64,000 nucleotides of DNA from Candidatus Multivoradales bacterium (lineage in GTDB: Bacteria; Acidobacteriota; Thermoanaerobaculia; Multivoradales; J023): contig CBDFLE010000006.1 in the NCBI GenBank assembly GCA_965248925.1, forward strand, positions 2,752,001-2,816,000. The letters run 5' to 3'. The translations under genes and the position numbers were made by a program. Below the pieces are notes generated by a model. That model made no database searches. It was not told the origin of the DNA and saw only the letters and a program-made list of their open reading frames with translations. Positions 1 through 10,844 of the stretch are shown here, in pieces (position 1 is the stretch's first letter; each line of letters starts with the position of its first letter).

Positions 1-1839
1 CCGCGAGACATAGTTGCCCGACCGCGCTATCCAGCTGCCCGGAAGCCGCTTTTCGAGCTGGTTGCCGGTCCCGGCGCGGCACCCTTCACGCCGCGGTGGA
101 GTGGCGATGGTCAGTCGTTGATCTACGTTCGCTACGAGCCCGACGGTCGGGGTGTGCTGCACCCGGATCTCTACCGTTGGACCCAGGCCACCGGCCAGGT
201 CGAGCGGCTTACCCATGCCGCGGATTTGCGCGACCCGGACCCGGCCGCGAAAGGCGATTGGGCGGTGGCGGTGCGGCGGCGCCACGGCAAATCGCAATTG
301 GTGCGCGTCGATCTCGGCAGTGGTGGGATCGAGGCGCTCTTTGCCGCCACCGCGGCCGAGGTTCATGACCATCCGCGGCTCGATCCGCAGGGTCGGCGGT
401 TGGCCTATGTCCGCCATCGTCAGGGGGCGTGGCAGCTGGTCGTTCGCGATGTTTCGAGCGGCTCCGAGCAAGTGCTGCCGACCCCGCGGCGCGCCACGGT
501 CGCCTATCCCGCCTGGTCGGCCGATGGCCACCAGTTATGGGCCTCGATCGGCGAGGGCGGATTCATCTCTATCCGCGCCTATGACCTCAGTTCTGGCCAG
601 CTGCCTGTAGCGGCCGAAGTGGTGGTGCGTGGTCAGGGGGCTGCTTTGTCGCCGGCCCCCGCCGCCGATGGCCGGCATCTTTTCTATCTCGACCTCCAAC
701 CCCAGGGTCTCGATCTGCGCCGGCTGGCCCTTGATCCGGACCGTCCACGGCTGGCCGAGCAGCTTGAATTGCCGTCGCAGCAGCTGACGCCAGCAGTTCG
801 TTCGCTGCCGCGCCGCACCCCTCCTCCTCTGCGACCCATGGAAATCGCCGCCGATCGACCCTATGGCGTGGGCCGGCTGGAGCTGTTGCCTCTGCTCGGC
901 GGTCGAGTCACTGCCAGCGACAGCGCCTGGGAGGGAGGTTTACGCTTGGGTGATGTAGTAGGTCGCCTCGATCTGTTGTTCATGGGTGCGGTCTCTGATT
1001 CGGCGCCAGCGGGCGGCGCGTTGATGGGTGCGTGGCGAGGCTGGCCGGCGGAGGCGGGCTGGCATCTATTCGCTCTAAGCCAGCGACCTGGCGCCCAAGC
1101 CGACCGCGTTGCCGGGCGCTTGGACTTCGACCAACAAGGCATAGAAATCAACCTGGCTCGGCAGTGGCGGCAGGGAGCGGCGACGACGGGTATGCAGCTG
1201 TTCGCCCATGTCGGGCGGGTCGAGCCAGGCGGAGGAGATGCGCTGTCGCGGCAGGCTTTGGGATTGCGGCTTACTCGGCGGGCTCAATATGGCAAAGGCA
1301 GCTGGCGCTGGCATGAGTCGGTCGACCTAGGGCTGTGGCAAGGGCGCACGGCGGGCGACAGCTGGCGGCGTTGGGATCTGGCGATCGAGGGCGGTATCAA
1401 GAGAGGCCGCAGCGGGCTAGGTCTGACGCTCGGTTGGCGGCGTGGGGTGATCGCAGACGCGCGTTTCGACTTCGATCGCTTCCAACTCGGTAGCCTGGCC
1501 AGCACTCTCCTACCGGCCCTGGGCGCAGCCACTCTGATCGAGCAGCCGGCGTTGCCAGTGGCGAGCTTATTGGGTGATCAGCACCAATCTCAGCGGTTGT
1601 CGATCAGCCTTGGCCAGTGGCCGGTAGATCTTTTTTGGCAGCGCCATCGTCTATCGCCGAGATCGGGATCGCGAGGAACTTGGCTTGCGCTCTGGGGGGC
1701 CGAGATGCGTTGGCGCAGTCGGCCTCGGCCGCTGCTCCGCTTGCCGGCGGTAGAGCTGTGGATGGGGGTGGCCGAAGTGCTCGACGAACCTTTCGTTGGC
1801 AGGGTGGAGGGCTGGCTGGGTTTCGGTTGGCGACCTTGA
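1..1839 (+). CDS. 5'-partial TolB/PD40-type beta-propeller protein with a C-terminal outer-membrane-like beta-strand region
   Basis: Frame is open from base 1. PD40-like repeats (PRWSGDGQSLIY, PRLDPQGRRLAY, PAWSADGHQLW, PAPAADGRHLFY). C-terminus has alternating hydrophobic strands ending GWLGFGWRP. Confidence 0.6.
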   Translation, partial: PRDIVARPRYPAARKPLFELVAGPGAAPFTPRWSGDGQSLIYVRYEPDGRGVLHPDLYRWTQATGQVERLTHAADLRDPDPAAKGDWAVAVRRRHGKSQLVRVDLGSGGIEALFAATAAEVHDHPRLDPQGRRLAYVRHRQGAWQLVVRDVSSGSEQVLPTPRRATVAYPAWSADGHQLWASIGEGGFISIRAYDLSSGQLPVAAEVVVRGQGAALSPAPAADGRHLFYLDLQPQGLDLRRLALDPDRPRLAEQLELPSQQLTPAVRSLPRRTPPPLRPMEIAADRPYGVGRLELLPLLGGRVTASDSAWEGGLRLGDVVGRLDLLFMGAVSDSAPAGGALMGAWRGWPAEAGWHLFALSQRPGAQADRVAGRLDFDQQGIEINLARQWRQGAATTGMQLFAHVGRVEPGGGDALSRQALGLRLTRRAQYGKGSWRWHESVDLGLWQGRTAGDSWRRWDLAIEGGIKRGRSGLGLTLGWRRGVIADARFDFDRFQLGSLASTLLPALGAATLIEQPALPVASLLGDQHQSQRLSISLGQWPVDLFWQRHRLSPRSGSRGTWLALWGAEMRWRSRPRPLLRLPAVELWMGVAEVLDEPFVGRVEGWLGFGWRP

Positions 1840-1863
1840 ATGACTTGCTGTCGAGTAAACCGT

Positions 1864-3471
<1,608 letters not shown>

Positions 3472-3620
3472 GGCATGACCTCAAAGAAACAGGGTGTCTT
3501 CGAAGGGGAATTGCAGTTCGGGCCGGCTAGTCTAGCACCAGAACGAGAGTGCTAGCCAGGCTCTAAGGAGGCTCTAGAATGTGGTCTGAGAAGAGGTAGA
3601 AAACGGCTTACTAGCCGGGC

Positions 3621-4634
3621 TTAGAGTGACCGCTCGCGGCTCGCCAAGAGTTCGAGGGTTCGGCAGACGACGGCGTGTAGCGGCGTGCAGTCGGCGCGGC
3701 CCTGACCGGCGATGTCGTAGGCGGTGCCGTGGTCGACCGAGGTGCGCAGATAGGGCAGGCCGAGGGTCAGATTGGTGGTGCTGCCGAAGGCGCAGGTCTT
3801 GACCGCGATCAGGCCCTGATCGTGGTAGAGGGCCAGTACCCAGTCGAACTCGCCGCGCCGCGCGCGAGCGAACAGCGAATCGGCGCTGGCCGGTCCGTGC
3901 ACGTCGATCCCATCCTGCCGGGCGGCGGCGACCGCCGGTATGATCTCAGCCTGTTCCTCGCCCCCCATCAGACCTCCCTCGCTGGCGTGAGGATTGAGTC
4001 CGGCAACCGCGATCTTGCCAGAGGTGTGGCGGGCCAGGCAGCGCAGCGCCTGCAGCACAGCGCGGTGGTTGATCTGGCGGATTGCCTGCAGCAGTGAAAC
4101 GTGAGTCGACAGCAACGCCACCCGCAGATCAGGGGCCAAGAAGCTCATCAGGTAATCGCGGCCATAGGTTTCGAGGCCAGCGCCAGCGGCCAGGTAGTCG
4201 GTGTGGCCGCGAAAGGTCGGGTCGACATGCTCGGCGATGGTTGCTTTGTTGAGCGGCGCGGTAACCAGGGCTTGGCAACAGCCGTCGCGGGTTAGCTCGA
4301 CGCCAGCGTCGAGTGCCGCCAAGGCGCCGCGAGCATCGGCCGCGGTGGGTTGCCCGGGGATCACGGTGCGGGGTTCGGCAACCGGATCGAGCACTGCAAA
4401 CCGGCGACTGTGAGGTTCGAGACCGCTGATCGCCGATCGATCAATAAAGTGCAAGAGGTCCCAAGGCGCCCGCGGCAAGCTCGGCCGCAGAGCATCGAGA
4501 GCCGCCCGTTCGGCGATCAGCAATGGCCGGTAGCCCTTCTCTGCTGAGCCATTGGCGAGCGACCGGAGCAGGATTTCCGGGCCAATCCCAGCCGGATCGC
4601 CCTGGGTGAAGGCAAGGATGGGCAAGCTGGACAT
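3621..4634 (-). CDS. pdxA: 4-hydroxythreonine-4-phosphate dehydrogenase PdxA family
   Basis: GDPAGIGPE, GHT, GLNPHA, YHDQGLI, RTSVDHGTAYDIAG motifs. Confidence 0.93.
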   Translation of the reverse strand: MSSLPILAFTQGDPAGIGPEILLRSLANGSAEKGYRPLLIAERAALDALRPSLPRAPWDLLHFIDRSAISGLEPHSRRFAVLDPVAEPRTVIPGQPTAADARGALAALDAGVELTRDGCCQALVTAPLNKATIAEHVDPTFRGHTDYLAAGAGLETYGRDYLMSFLAPDLRVALLSTHVSLLQAIRQINHRAVLQALRCLARHTSGKIAVAGLNPHASEGGLMGGEEQAEIIPAVAAARQDGIDVHGPASADSLFARARRGEFDWVLALYHDQGLIAVKTCAFGSTTNLTLGLPYLRTSVDHGTAYDIAGQGRADCTPLHAVVCRTLELLASRERSL

Positions 4635-4656
4635 GGTTTATGAGGAGACTCGGTGC

Positions 4657-5007
4657 TCAGGATGCCGTCTTGCTCGACCCGCGCGCCTCCGCTGCTGCCC
4701 GTTCGCGTTTGCGGAACCGCTTGAGTTCCTCTTCCTTGAACATGTAGCGGATATTGTGCTTGAGCAGCATCAAGTTGGGTCCTTTGGGGCGATTAAGCTT
4801 GAGGGCACCTTTGTCGTACCACTCGATCCAGCCGCGCAGCTCCTCGTCGTTGTTGAGCACGATCACCATCGGCGTTTTGGCGGCCATCTGCTTGAGGTAG
4901 TAGAATTCCTCGGCGCTGGTTTGCTCGGGTGGGGTCTGCTTGCGGCGGACGCCGCGGCTGGCTCCCTTGGTCTCCACGTCTGGGCGGATCAGCTTTCGGT
5001 TGCTCAT
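4657..5007 (-). CDS. hfq: Divergent Hfq-like (Sm-fold) RNA chaperone
   Basis: Sm1/Sm2 pattern: TPMVIVLNNDEELRGWIEWYD...NLMLLKHNIRYM (compare Hfq VxVYLxNGxxLxGxIxxFD...YKHAIS); basic N- and C-terminal tails. Confidence 0.7.
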   Translation of the reverse strand: MSNRKLIRPDVETKGASRGVRRKQTPPEQTSAEEFYYLKQMAAKTPMVIVLNNDEELRGWIEWYDKGALKLNRPKGPNLMLLKHNIRYMFKEEELKRFRKRERAAAEARGSSKTAS

Positions 5008-5729
5008 CGTTGTTCACCCATGGCCCGGCGGCTAGGTTTTCGTTGATACTGGTCGTTTTCGTAGGCCAAACAGCAGAGCAAGCGCCCGCATTGACCTGAG
5101 ATCTTCGATGGATTGAGACTCAGATTCTGCCGCTTGGCCATCTGAATAGAGATCGGGCGGAAGTCATCGAGCCAGGTCGAGCAGCAGAGAGTTCGGCCGC
5201 AGATGCCGATGCCGCCCAGCAGTCTGGCTTCATCGCGAGCGCCAACCTGCACCATCTTGACTCGGGTCGAGAAACGCTGGGAAAGATCGCGCACCAGCTG
5301 GCGGAAATCCACCCTGCCGTTGGCGGTGAAGTAGAAGGTCGCGTTCTTACCACCGAAGGAGAAATCCACCCTCGACACCTTCATCTCCAGCTTGAGACTC
5401 TTGGCGCGCTCGCGGCAAAACCGCTTGGCGTTCCATTCATTGAGACGTTGCCGTTCGAAGGTGGCGCGATCGGCCTGACTGGCGAGGCGCAAGATTCGCT
5501 TGGCGCTTGATTTCTGGCAGGGTTTGAACACCGGCATCGGTGATTGCTCGACCTTGCCATAGGCGGGACCTTGTTCGGACTCCACCAAAACACTCTGTCC
5601 CTTGGCGTAGATCGCCCGCCCGGTTCGGCACAGAGTGAGATTGGTCTCGGCGCCAAAGCGAACGCCTACGAAGGTGTCTTCGACCGCCGTCGACTGGCCC
5701 TTGAAGCTACAACCGCCGCAGCCGCCCAT
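5004..5729 (-). CDS. ricT: PSP1-domain protein, RicT/YaaT family
   Basis: FYFTANGRVDFRQLVRDL, QVGARDEA, GICGRTLCC, KISGQCGRLLCCLAYE motifs. Confidence 0.92.
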   Translation of the reverse strand: MGGCGGCSFKGQSTAVEDTFVGVRFGAETNLTLCRTGRAIYAKGQSVLVESEQGPAYGKVEQSPMPVFKPCQKSSAKRILRLASQADRATFERQRLNEWNAKRFCRERAKSLKLEMKVSRVDFSFGGKNATFYFTANGRVDFRQLVRDLSQRFSTRVKMVQVGARDEARLLGGIGICGRTLCCSTWLDDFRPISIQMAKRQNLSLNPSKISGQCGRLLCCLAYENDQYQRKPSRRAMGEQR

Positions 5730-5851
5730 ACCTCAGCTCGCCTCCTCTCTGTCCTTCAGTGCGGTGCACGAAGGCAGTTCACACAGGGTCAGATATCAAA
5801 CCCACCGACCCGCAGCGATCTTGCTGCCGAACACTCGGGTCTCTAACTTGC

Positions 5852-7138
5852 TCAGGCGTTGGCGCTGAGCATTTTCAGCACTCGACGACCGATGTCCTGG
5901 CGCAGCATCTTACTCGGCCAGCGCACTTCGTGCGCCGCGGTGTAGGCCCGACGTAGCGCATCTCGAAGATTTGAACCGGTCGAACAAACGTTCAGCACGC
6001 GGCCGCCTTGGGTTACCAGGACACCCTCTTTGGCGGTGGTGCCGGCGTGAAACACCTCTACGCCAGGGAGAGCCGTCGCCGCGGTCAAGCCGGTGATCGG
6101 TTCGCCCTTGACCGGCCTGCCGGGATAGCCCTGGCTAGCCAGAACGACGCAGGCGGCTGCTTCTTTGCGGAAATGTAGCCGCGAGGTGTCGAATTTCCCA
6201 GCCGCGGTTTGCACCAGCACTGGCAACAAGTCGCTATCGAGTCGCATCAGCAGGGGCTGAGCTTCTGGATCGCCCAGGCGAACATTGAACTCCAGCACCG
6301 ATGGGCCGTCGTCGGTCAGCATCAAACCGGCGTAGAGAAAACCGGCAAAGGGGCGGTTCTCATCTGCCATGCCAGAGACCACTGGGCGCATCACTTGGTC
6401 GAGAATCTCGCTCGCGGCCTCGTGGCCGAGCACCCCGGCCGGGCTGTGGGCGCCCATGCCGCCGGTGTTGGCACCCTCATCGCCATCGCCGACCCGCTTG
6501 TAGTCCTTACTCGTTGCCAGTGGCAGTACCCGCTCACCGTCACAGATGGCAATGAAGGAAAGTTCCTCACCAGGCAGAAAACGTTCCACCACCAGCCGGT
6601 TGCCGGCGGCGCCAAAACGGCGGTCGTCGAAAAAAGTGGTCAGGCACTGCTCTAGCTCTTGCTTGTTTTTGGGGATCAGCACCCCTTTGCCGCCTGCCAG
6701 TCCATCGGCCTTTAGCACCACCGGAAAGCCCAGTTCGAGGGCCGCCCGGCGGGTGCTGTCGGCGTCGTGGGTGATGGCGAAATCCGCGGTCGGGATGCCG
6801 TGCCGGCGCATGAACTCTTTGGCGAAGACCTTGCTGCCCTCAAGTTCGGCGGCCGACTTGCGCGGTCCGAAAATCGCCAGGCCGCGACTGTTGAATTCAT
6901 CGACAATGCCGAAGATCAGAGGCAGCTCCGGCCCCACCACGGTCAGGTCGATATTCATATCGCGGGCAAAATCGGCCAGCTGGTGGATTTCGTCACTGGC
7001 AATGGGCACGATATCGGCAACCTGGGCGATGCCTGGATTGCCAGGAGCACAGTAAAGCTCTTCGAGCAGGGGGCTCTGGCGCAGCTTCCAGCACAGAGCG
7101 TGCTCCCTGCCTCCCGATCCGATGATCAAAACCTTCAT
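5852..7138 (-). CDS. purD: Phosphoribosylamine--glycine ligase
   Basis: MKVLIIGSGGREHAL, KADGLAGGKGV, NTGGMGA, EFNVRLGDPE, GGRVL. Confidence 0.97.
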   Translation of the reverse strand: MKVLIIGSGGREHALCWKLRQSPLLEELYCAPGNPGIAQVADIVPIASDEIHQLADFARDMNIDLTVVGPELPLIFGIVDEFNSRGLAIFGPRKSAAELEGSKVFAKEFMRRHGIPTADFAITHDADSTRRAALELGFPVVLKADGLAGGKGVLIPKNKQELEQCLTTFFDDRRFGAAGNRLVVERFLPGEELSFIAICDGERVLPLATSKDYKRVGDGDEGANTGGMGAHSPAGVLGHEAASEILDQVMRPVVSGMADENRPFAGFLYAGLMLTDDGPSVLEFNVRLGDPEAQPLLMRLDSDLLPVLVQTAAGKFDTSRLHFRKEAAACVVLASQGYPGRPVKGEPITGLTAATALPGVEVFHAGTTAKEGVLVTQGGRVLNVCSTGSNLRDALRRAYTAAHEVRWPSKMLRQDIGRRVLKMLSANA

Positions 7139-7323
7139 GGTGATTCCTCTCGTCTGGCCCTCAAGACTATTTGCCTTGGCAGTAGCGAATCGCCTGCCGC
7201 TAGTCTGGACCGGTGACCGGCGCAGCTTCGATGAGCCGAGAGGCCAGAGCAGAGTGCAGAAAATAGCGGCGGGCGCCGCCAGGATTCTATCTGAATTCCT
7301 GACCCGGCTAAGATACGACCCTT

Positions 7324-8400
7324 ATGAGCGAAGAAAACATCCCTCAGAGCCCCGTTGCCTCTGTGTTGTCACCGATTGCTTGGCAGGCTGGCCGGCTGAA
7401 GCTCTTGGAACAGACCCTGCTACCCCGCGAGGAGCTGTGGATCGACTGCCCTGAGCCCGAAGACGTGGCCGCGGCGATTCGCCGGTTGGCGGTGCGCGGT
7501 GCGCCGGCGATCGGTGTAGCAGCCGCCTACGGCCTGGCGATCGGACTCGACAAGGTTGCCACCGAGGCCGAGTTGCAGCCCCGTTTCGACGCCGTCTACG
7601 ACCTGCTGCTGAGCACCCGGCCGACAGCGGTCAATCTGCGTTGGGCGCTTGAGCGTGGTCGCCAGGTGTTCGCTGCTCATCGGTCGGCGGGGATCGAGGC
7701 CACCCGCCGGGGGCTGGTCGATTGGGCGCAGGAGGTCCATCGCGGCGATATCGAGACCTGCCAAAGGATCGGCGAGAACGGGGTCAGCCGGTTCAAGCCT
7801 GGCGACCGAGTTCTGACCCACTGCAACGCCGGTTCCCTGGCCACCGGTGGCTACGGCACGGCGGTGGGGGTGATCACCTCCTGCTGGCGCGCCGGCCGAC
7901 TGGCCAAAGTGTGGGTCGACGAAACCCGGCCCCTATTGCAGGGTGCCCGGCTGACCGCCTGGGAACTCGACAAATTGGCGATTCCCTACCATCTGGTGAC
8001 CGACAACAGCGTCGGCGCCTTGATGACCCGTGGCGAAGTCGATCGGGTGGTGGTCGGCAGCGACCGTATCGCCGCCAACGGCGACGTTGCCAACAAGATC
8101 GGTACCTACGTGGTGGCGGTGCTGGCGGCACGGCACGGAGTGCCTTTCTACGTCGCCGCGCCGCTATCGACCATCGACCAGCGCACCCCCACCGGCAGCG
8201 AAATCCCGATCGAGATCCGCGCCGAAGAAGAAGTCACCGACGTCTTCGGCACCCGCATCGCCCCGCCGGGTTCCCGGGCCGTCAACTACGCCTTTGATGT
8301 CACCCCCAACGACCTCGTCGCCGGCATCATCACCGAGGTTGGGGTCTTAGAAGCGCCCTATACGGAGAGCATCGCGCGGGCTTTTGCTGAAACAAGCTGA
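7324..8400 (+). CDS. mtnA: S-methyl-5-thioribose-1-phosphate isomerase
   Basis: VRGAPAIG, RPTAVNL, LTHCNAGSLAT, ETRPLLQGARLTAWEL, NGDVANKIGTY. Confidence 0.96.
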   Translation: MSEENIPQSPVASVLSPIAWQAGRLKLLEQTLLPREELWIDCPEPEDVAAAIRRLAVRGAPAIGVAAAYGLAIGLDKVATEAELQPRFDAVYDLLLSTRPTAVNLRWALERGRQVFAAHRSAGIEATRRGLVDWAQEVHRGDIETCQRIGENGVSRFKPGDRVLTHCNAGSLATGGYGTAVGVITSCWRAGRLAKVWVDETRPLLQGARLTAWELDKLAIPYHLVTDNSVGALMTRGEVDRVVVGSDRIAANGDVANKIGTYVVAVLAARHGVPFYVAAPLSTIDQRTPTGSEIPIEIRAEEEVTDVFGTRIAPPGSRAVNYAFDVTPNDLVAGIITEVGVLEAPYTESIARAFAETS

Positions 8401-8548
8401 GGCGGATGGCTCAGCAGAGCACGGCGTTAACGAAGTTGCCTTGAGCGGTCTGTCCTTCGGCGCAATCTTTCCGGTCGGATGCAAAAGAGGTCTCTTTAGT
8501 TGGCTCTTGTTTGAGAGTCACTTGGAAGTTGGAAGCTACCCATCCCAG

Positions 8549-9724
8549 TCACTCCGAGTCCTGGTCTCCTGGTCTGATGATCTCGGGTACAGCTGAAGGT
8601 TCGCTGGCCAGGGTGTCGAAATCAGCCTTGGCGAATCTGAACGTCGGGCTGGTGCCGGCGTAGCCGCGCAGCCAGACGAATCGCTGGGTGGTGGCGATTT
8701 GAGTCAAAGTCACGGGCTTTGCCCCCTTGGGCAATCGCAGCTCCAGTCGCCGGGATTCACCGGTCGAAGGATCGAGCAGATCAACCGCGGGCCATTCGGC
8801 CAGCGCCGCGGCATCGATCAGGATCAGCAATCGCTCTCCGGAGTCGTCCCAGGTGATGTCGCGGATCACCGGGGTGTAGCGAGCCGTCAGGCGCTTCCCT
8901 TTGGCCCTCGGCCCCGCCTGCGGCGGCCGCGAGGCATCCGCACCGAAATCTTGCTGGGCTGCGGCCATTGCATCATCTTCTTCCGGGGTGGCCTCGATGT
9001 GCTCTTGCTCTTTGAAGGCCAGCGCCGGGTCGTTGAAGATCGTCTGTGTTTCGAGGTCTCGGTCTAGTTGATAGATCCTGTAGCTCGCCAGCTCTGCGGC
9101 GTAAAGGTGCTGCCCACTCCAGGCAAGTCTCAGTGTCTGGCCGACGGCGGCACTGCCGCTGAGCAGCGGATCCTCTACGATCAGGCCTTTCTCGCTGACT
9201 TCGAGATTGCGATCGAGCACGATTACCCGAGGGATCTCCTCGCCAAATTGCCGCCGGCCGATGAAGGCGCCCGGCTTAGCCGGATGCGGCAGGTTGGTCA
9301 GTGACACAACCCACTCGCGGGTGGAGATCTGAGCGATATCCCCAGGCTGGAAGATCTCCACCTGGCCCTTGGAGACGCCCTTGTCAGTGTAGAGAAAAAC
9401 CCCTTTGTGGCCAGAGAAAGAAAGAGTGCCCCCGCTAGCATCCAACCGGCTAAATCGCGGCACCGGCCGTACCTGGGCCGATAGCTTTTTCGCCTTGCCC
9501 CAGGTGCTACCGCTTTCCAAGTAACGGCGGACTTCCAGGGATGAGGCGTCGAAGAGAATCATTTCTTGGCCCGATGCGGTCATCAGCAGGTCGTCGGAAG
9601 AACTGAGCTCGCCCAAGTCTCGCGGCGCGGCTTCCAGCGTCAAAGCCTCGCCGAAAACGGGTACTCCCACCAGATATAGGAGGCAAGGCAAGCTGAATCG
9701 AAGTAAGCAAAGAAGTGTTCTCAT
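8549..9724 (-). CDS. Secreted protein, probable 6-bladed beta-propeller
   Basis: Signal-peptide-like N-terminus from ATG 9724 (MRTLLCLLRFSLPCLLYLVGVPVFG). Blade-like motifs: LRLAWSGQHLYAAELASYRIYQLDRD, IRDITWDDSGERLLILID, AVDLLDPSTGE. Confidence 0.6.
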   Translation of the reverse strand: MRTLLCLLRFSLPCLLYLVGVPVFGEALTLEAAPRDLGELSSSDDLLMTASGQEMILFDASSLEVRRYLESGSTWGKAKKLSAQVRPVPRFSRLDASGGTLSFSGHKGVFLYTDKGVSKGQVEIFQPGDIAQISTREWVVSLTNLPHPAKPGAFIGRRQFGEEIPRVIVLDRNLEVSEKGLIVEDPLLSGSAAVGQTLRLAWSGQHLYAAELASYRIYQLDRDLETQTIFNDPALAFKEQEHIEATPEEDDAMAAAQQDFGADASRPPQAGPRAKGKRLTARYTPVIRDITWDDSGERLLILIDAAALAEWPAVDLLDPSTGESRRLELRLPKGAKPVTLTQIATTQRFVWLRGYAGTSPTFRFAKADFDTLASEPSAVPEIIRPGDQDSE

Positions 9725-9824
9725 GGCGCCCAGGTGGCTTTCAGCAGCCGGCGTAGTCTGGAATATAACCAAAATCTAGAATCTCGTGATTCTCGTCGTG
9801 GAGCACACAAATCAGGCCACCATC

Positions 9825-9938
9825 CTAGCAATTGCAAAAATCATGCACCGCAGCAACTGGCTGGGCGATCGCCAGAGTGGCAACGAAGATGGCGGCTAGA
9901 GCATGTAGAAAGCGTTTTCTCAACATTTTCTGGTCCAC
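9825..9938 (-). CDS. Small secreted Cys-containing peptide, not in the ORF track (37 aa to TAG; frame continues 27 more codons to TGA at 9741-9743)
   Basis: AAGGAG RBS at 9947-9952, GTG at 9938. Translation MDQKMLRKRFLHALAAIFVATLAIAQPVAA-VHDFCNC*DGGLICVLHDENHEILDFGYIPDYAGC*. Classical Sec signal (basic N-terminus, hydrophobic core, VAA cleavage site). Fills the gap between two co-oriented genes. Confidence 0.7.
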   Translation of the reverse strand: MDQKMLRKRFLHALAAIFVATLAIAQPVAAVHDFCNC

Positions 9939-9989
9939 TTTAGTTTCTCCTTGGGTATATAAGCAGTTAGGCGTCGACAATAATCAGAT

Positions 9990-10400
9990 TCAACGACTGG
10001 CGGGTTCAACCACTAAGGTTGGAGGATCACCTTTGACACGCCACTTGCAGTGGGCTGCACTGCAAATAGTGTCGAGAGCTTCGGCAACGGACGTTCGACC
10101 CGTCTCGCCTTTGAAGCTACCAGTAACCGCTGGGTCGACTTCGAGCCGGTCGCCAAAGAAGCCGGTGGCGATGAACCACAGCAGCCAGCGGATGTCATCA
10201 TTGCGGGAACCGAGTTCCACCACTCCAGACAGAGGGTCGCTGGCAGAGTGGTCAGTGGCGGGAGGGCTGGTGTAGCCGAGAGCCGGTTGCTCGGCGGCGG
10301 TCCTGCAACCTGTGGTGACGGCCAAGAAGGCCACGCCAACAAGAAGGGCAAGCAGCGAAAGCCGAAGTAGCTCTTGAAACAAATCAGAGAAGTGAAGCAA
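9990..10400 (-). CDS. Lipoprotein with a stand-alone STN/secretin-N0-like domain
   Basis: AGGAGG RBS before TTG, lipobox TTGC, STN-like pattern DIRWLL...LEVDPAVTGSF...SVAEALDTICSAAHCKWRVKG..LVVEP. Confidence 0.6.
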   Translation of the reverse strand: MLHFSDLFQELLRLSLLALLVGVAFLAVTTGCRTAAEQPALGYTSPPATDHSASDPLSGVVELGSRNDDIRWLLWFIATGFFGDRLEVDPAVTGSFKGETGRTSVAEALDTICSAAHCKWRVKGDPPTLVVEPASR

Positions 10401-10436
10401 CGCAAGACCTCCTGAAATAAATAGCTAGACAGCTTA

Positions 10437-10465
10437 GACGTAACACGGGATATTTTCCCTGTCAA
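10437..10465 (-). promoter_or_regulatory. Candidate sigma70 promoter for the leftward lipoprotein-peptide-propeller operon
   Basis: Minus strand TTGACA-N17-TACGTC with TG at the extended -10 position; the -10 match is imperfect. Confidence 0.4.
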
Positions 10466-10659
10466 GAGATTTAGGTTAATCGGCCAGCGCCAAGCTTACG
10501 CCGAGAGGGGCGCCAGGCAAGTAGTCCGAGGTTGTGGAGCCGGAACTGTGGCTACTGCCTTTGCTTGCGTCCGACCGGCTCGTCGATGCCGTAGCTGGGC
10601 ACTGTGGCCGGGACCTCGGCCAGCTTTTGCAATGCGCCAACAGAGCGCCAACCGTCGTA

Positions 10660-10716
10660 TTGCACATCCGAAATGTCAATCGACCCGTCCAAATGAACAC
10701 GCAGGCTGCACATCCG
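10660..10716 (+). promoter_or_regulatory. Two copies of TGCACATCCG (10661-10670, 10707-10716), candidate operator
   Basis: Exact 10-mer direct repeat in the divergent intergenic region; a third copy is at 12739-12748. Confidence 0.45.
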
Positions 10717-10844
10717 CGCGAAGCGGCAAAATCGCCGACCGATGCAACCGAGGGGGACGCCGCAAGTCCAGAAAGGAAGACCAGATCTTCTGTTAGAGTG
10801 TGCCACCAGTAGGGAACGCTATAGGAACTCCGGGGAGGATCACC

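Noticed and set aside
3532-3555. CIRCE-like inverted repeat CTAGCACCA-N6-GAGTGCTAG upstream of pckA
   Set aside because: The spacer is 6 rather than 9 nt, the left arm is imperfect and the gene is not a chaperone. It overlaps a likely extended -10 (TGcTAGACT, minus).
9825-9827. Pyrrolysine or genome-wide TAG recoding to explain the amber codon
   Set aside because: No pyl genes are in the window and TAG ends many clear genes here (pckA, dut, tgt). A local explanation is more likely.
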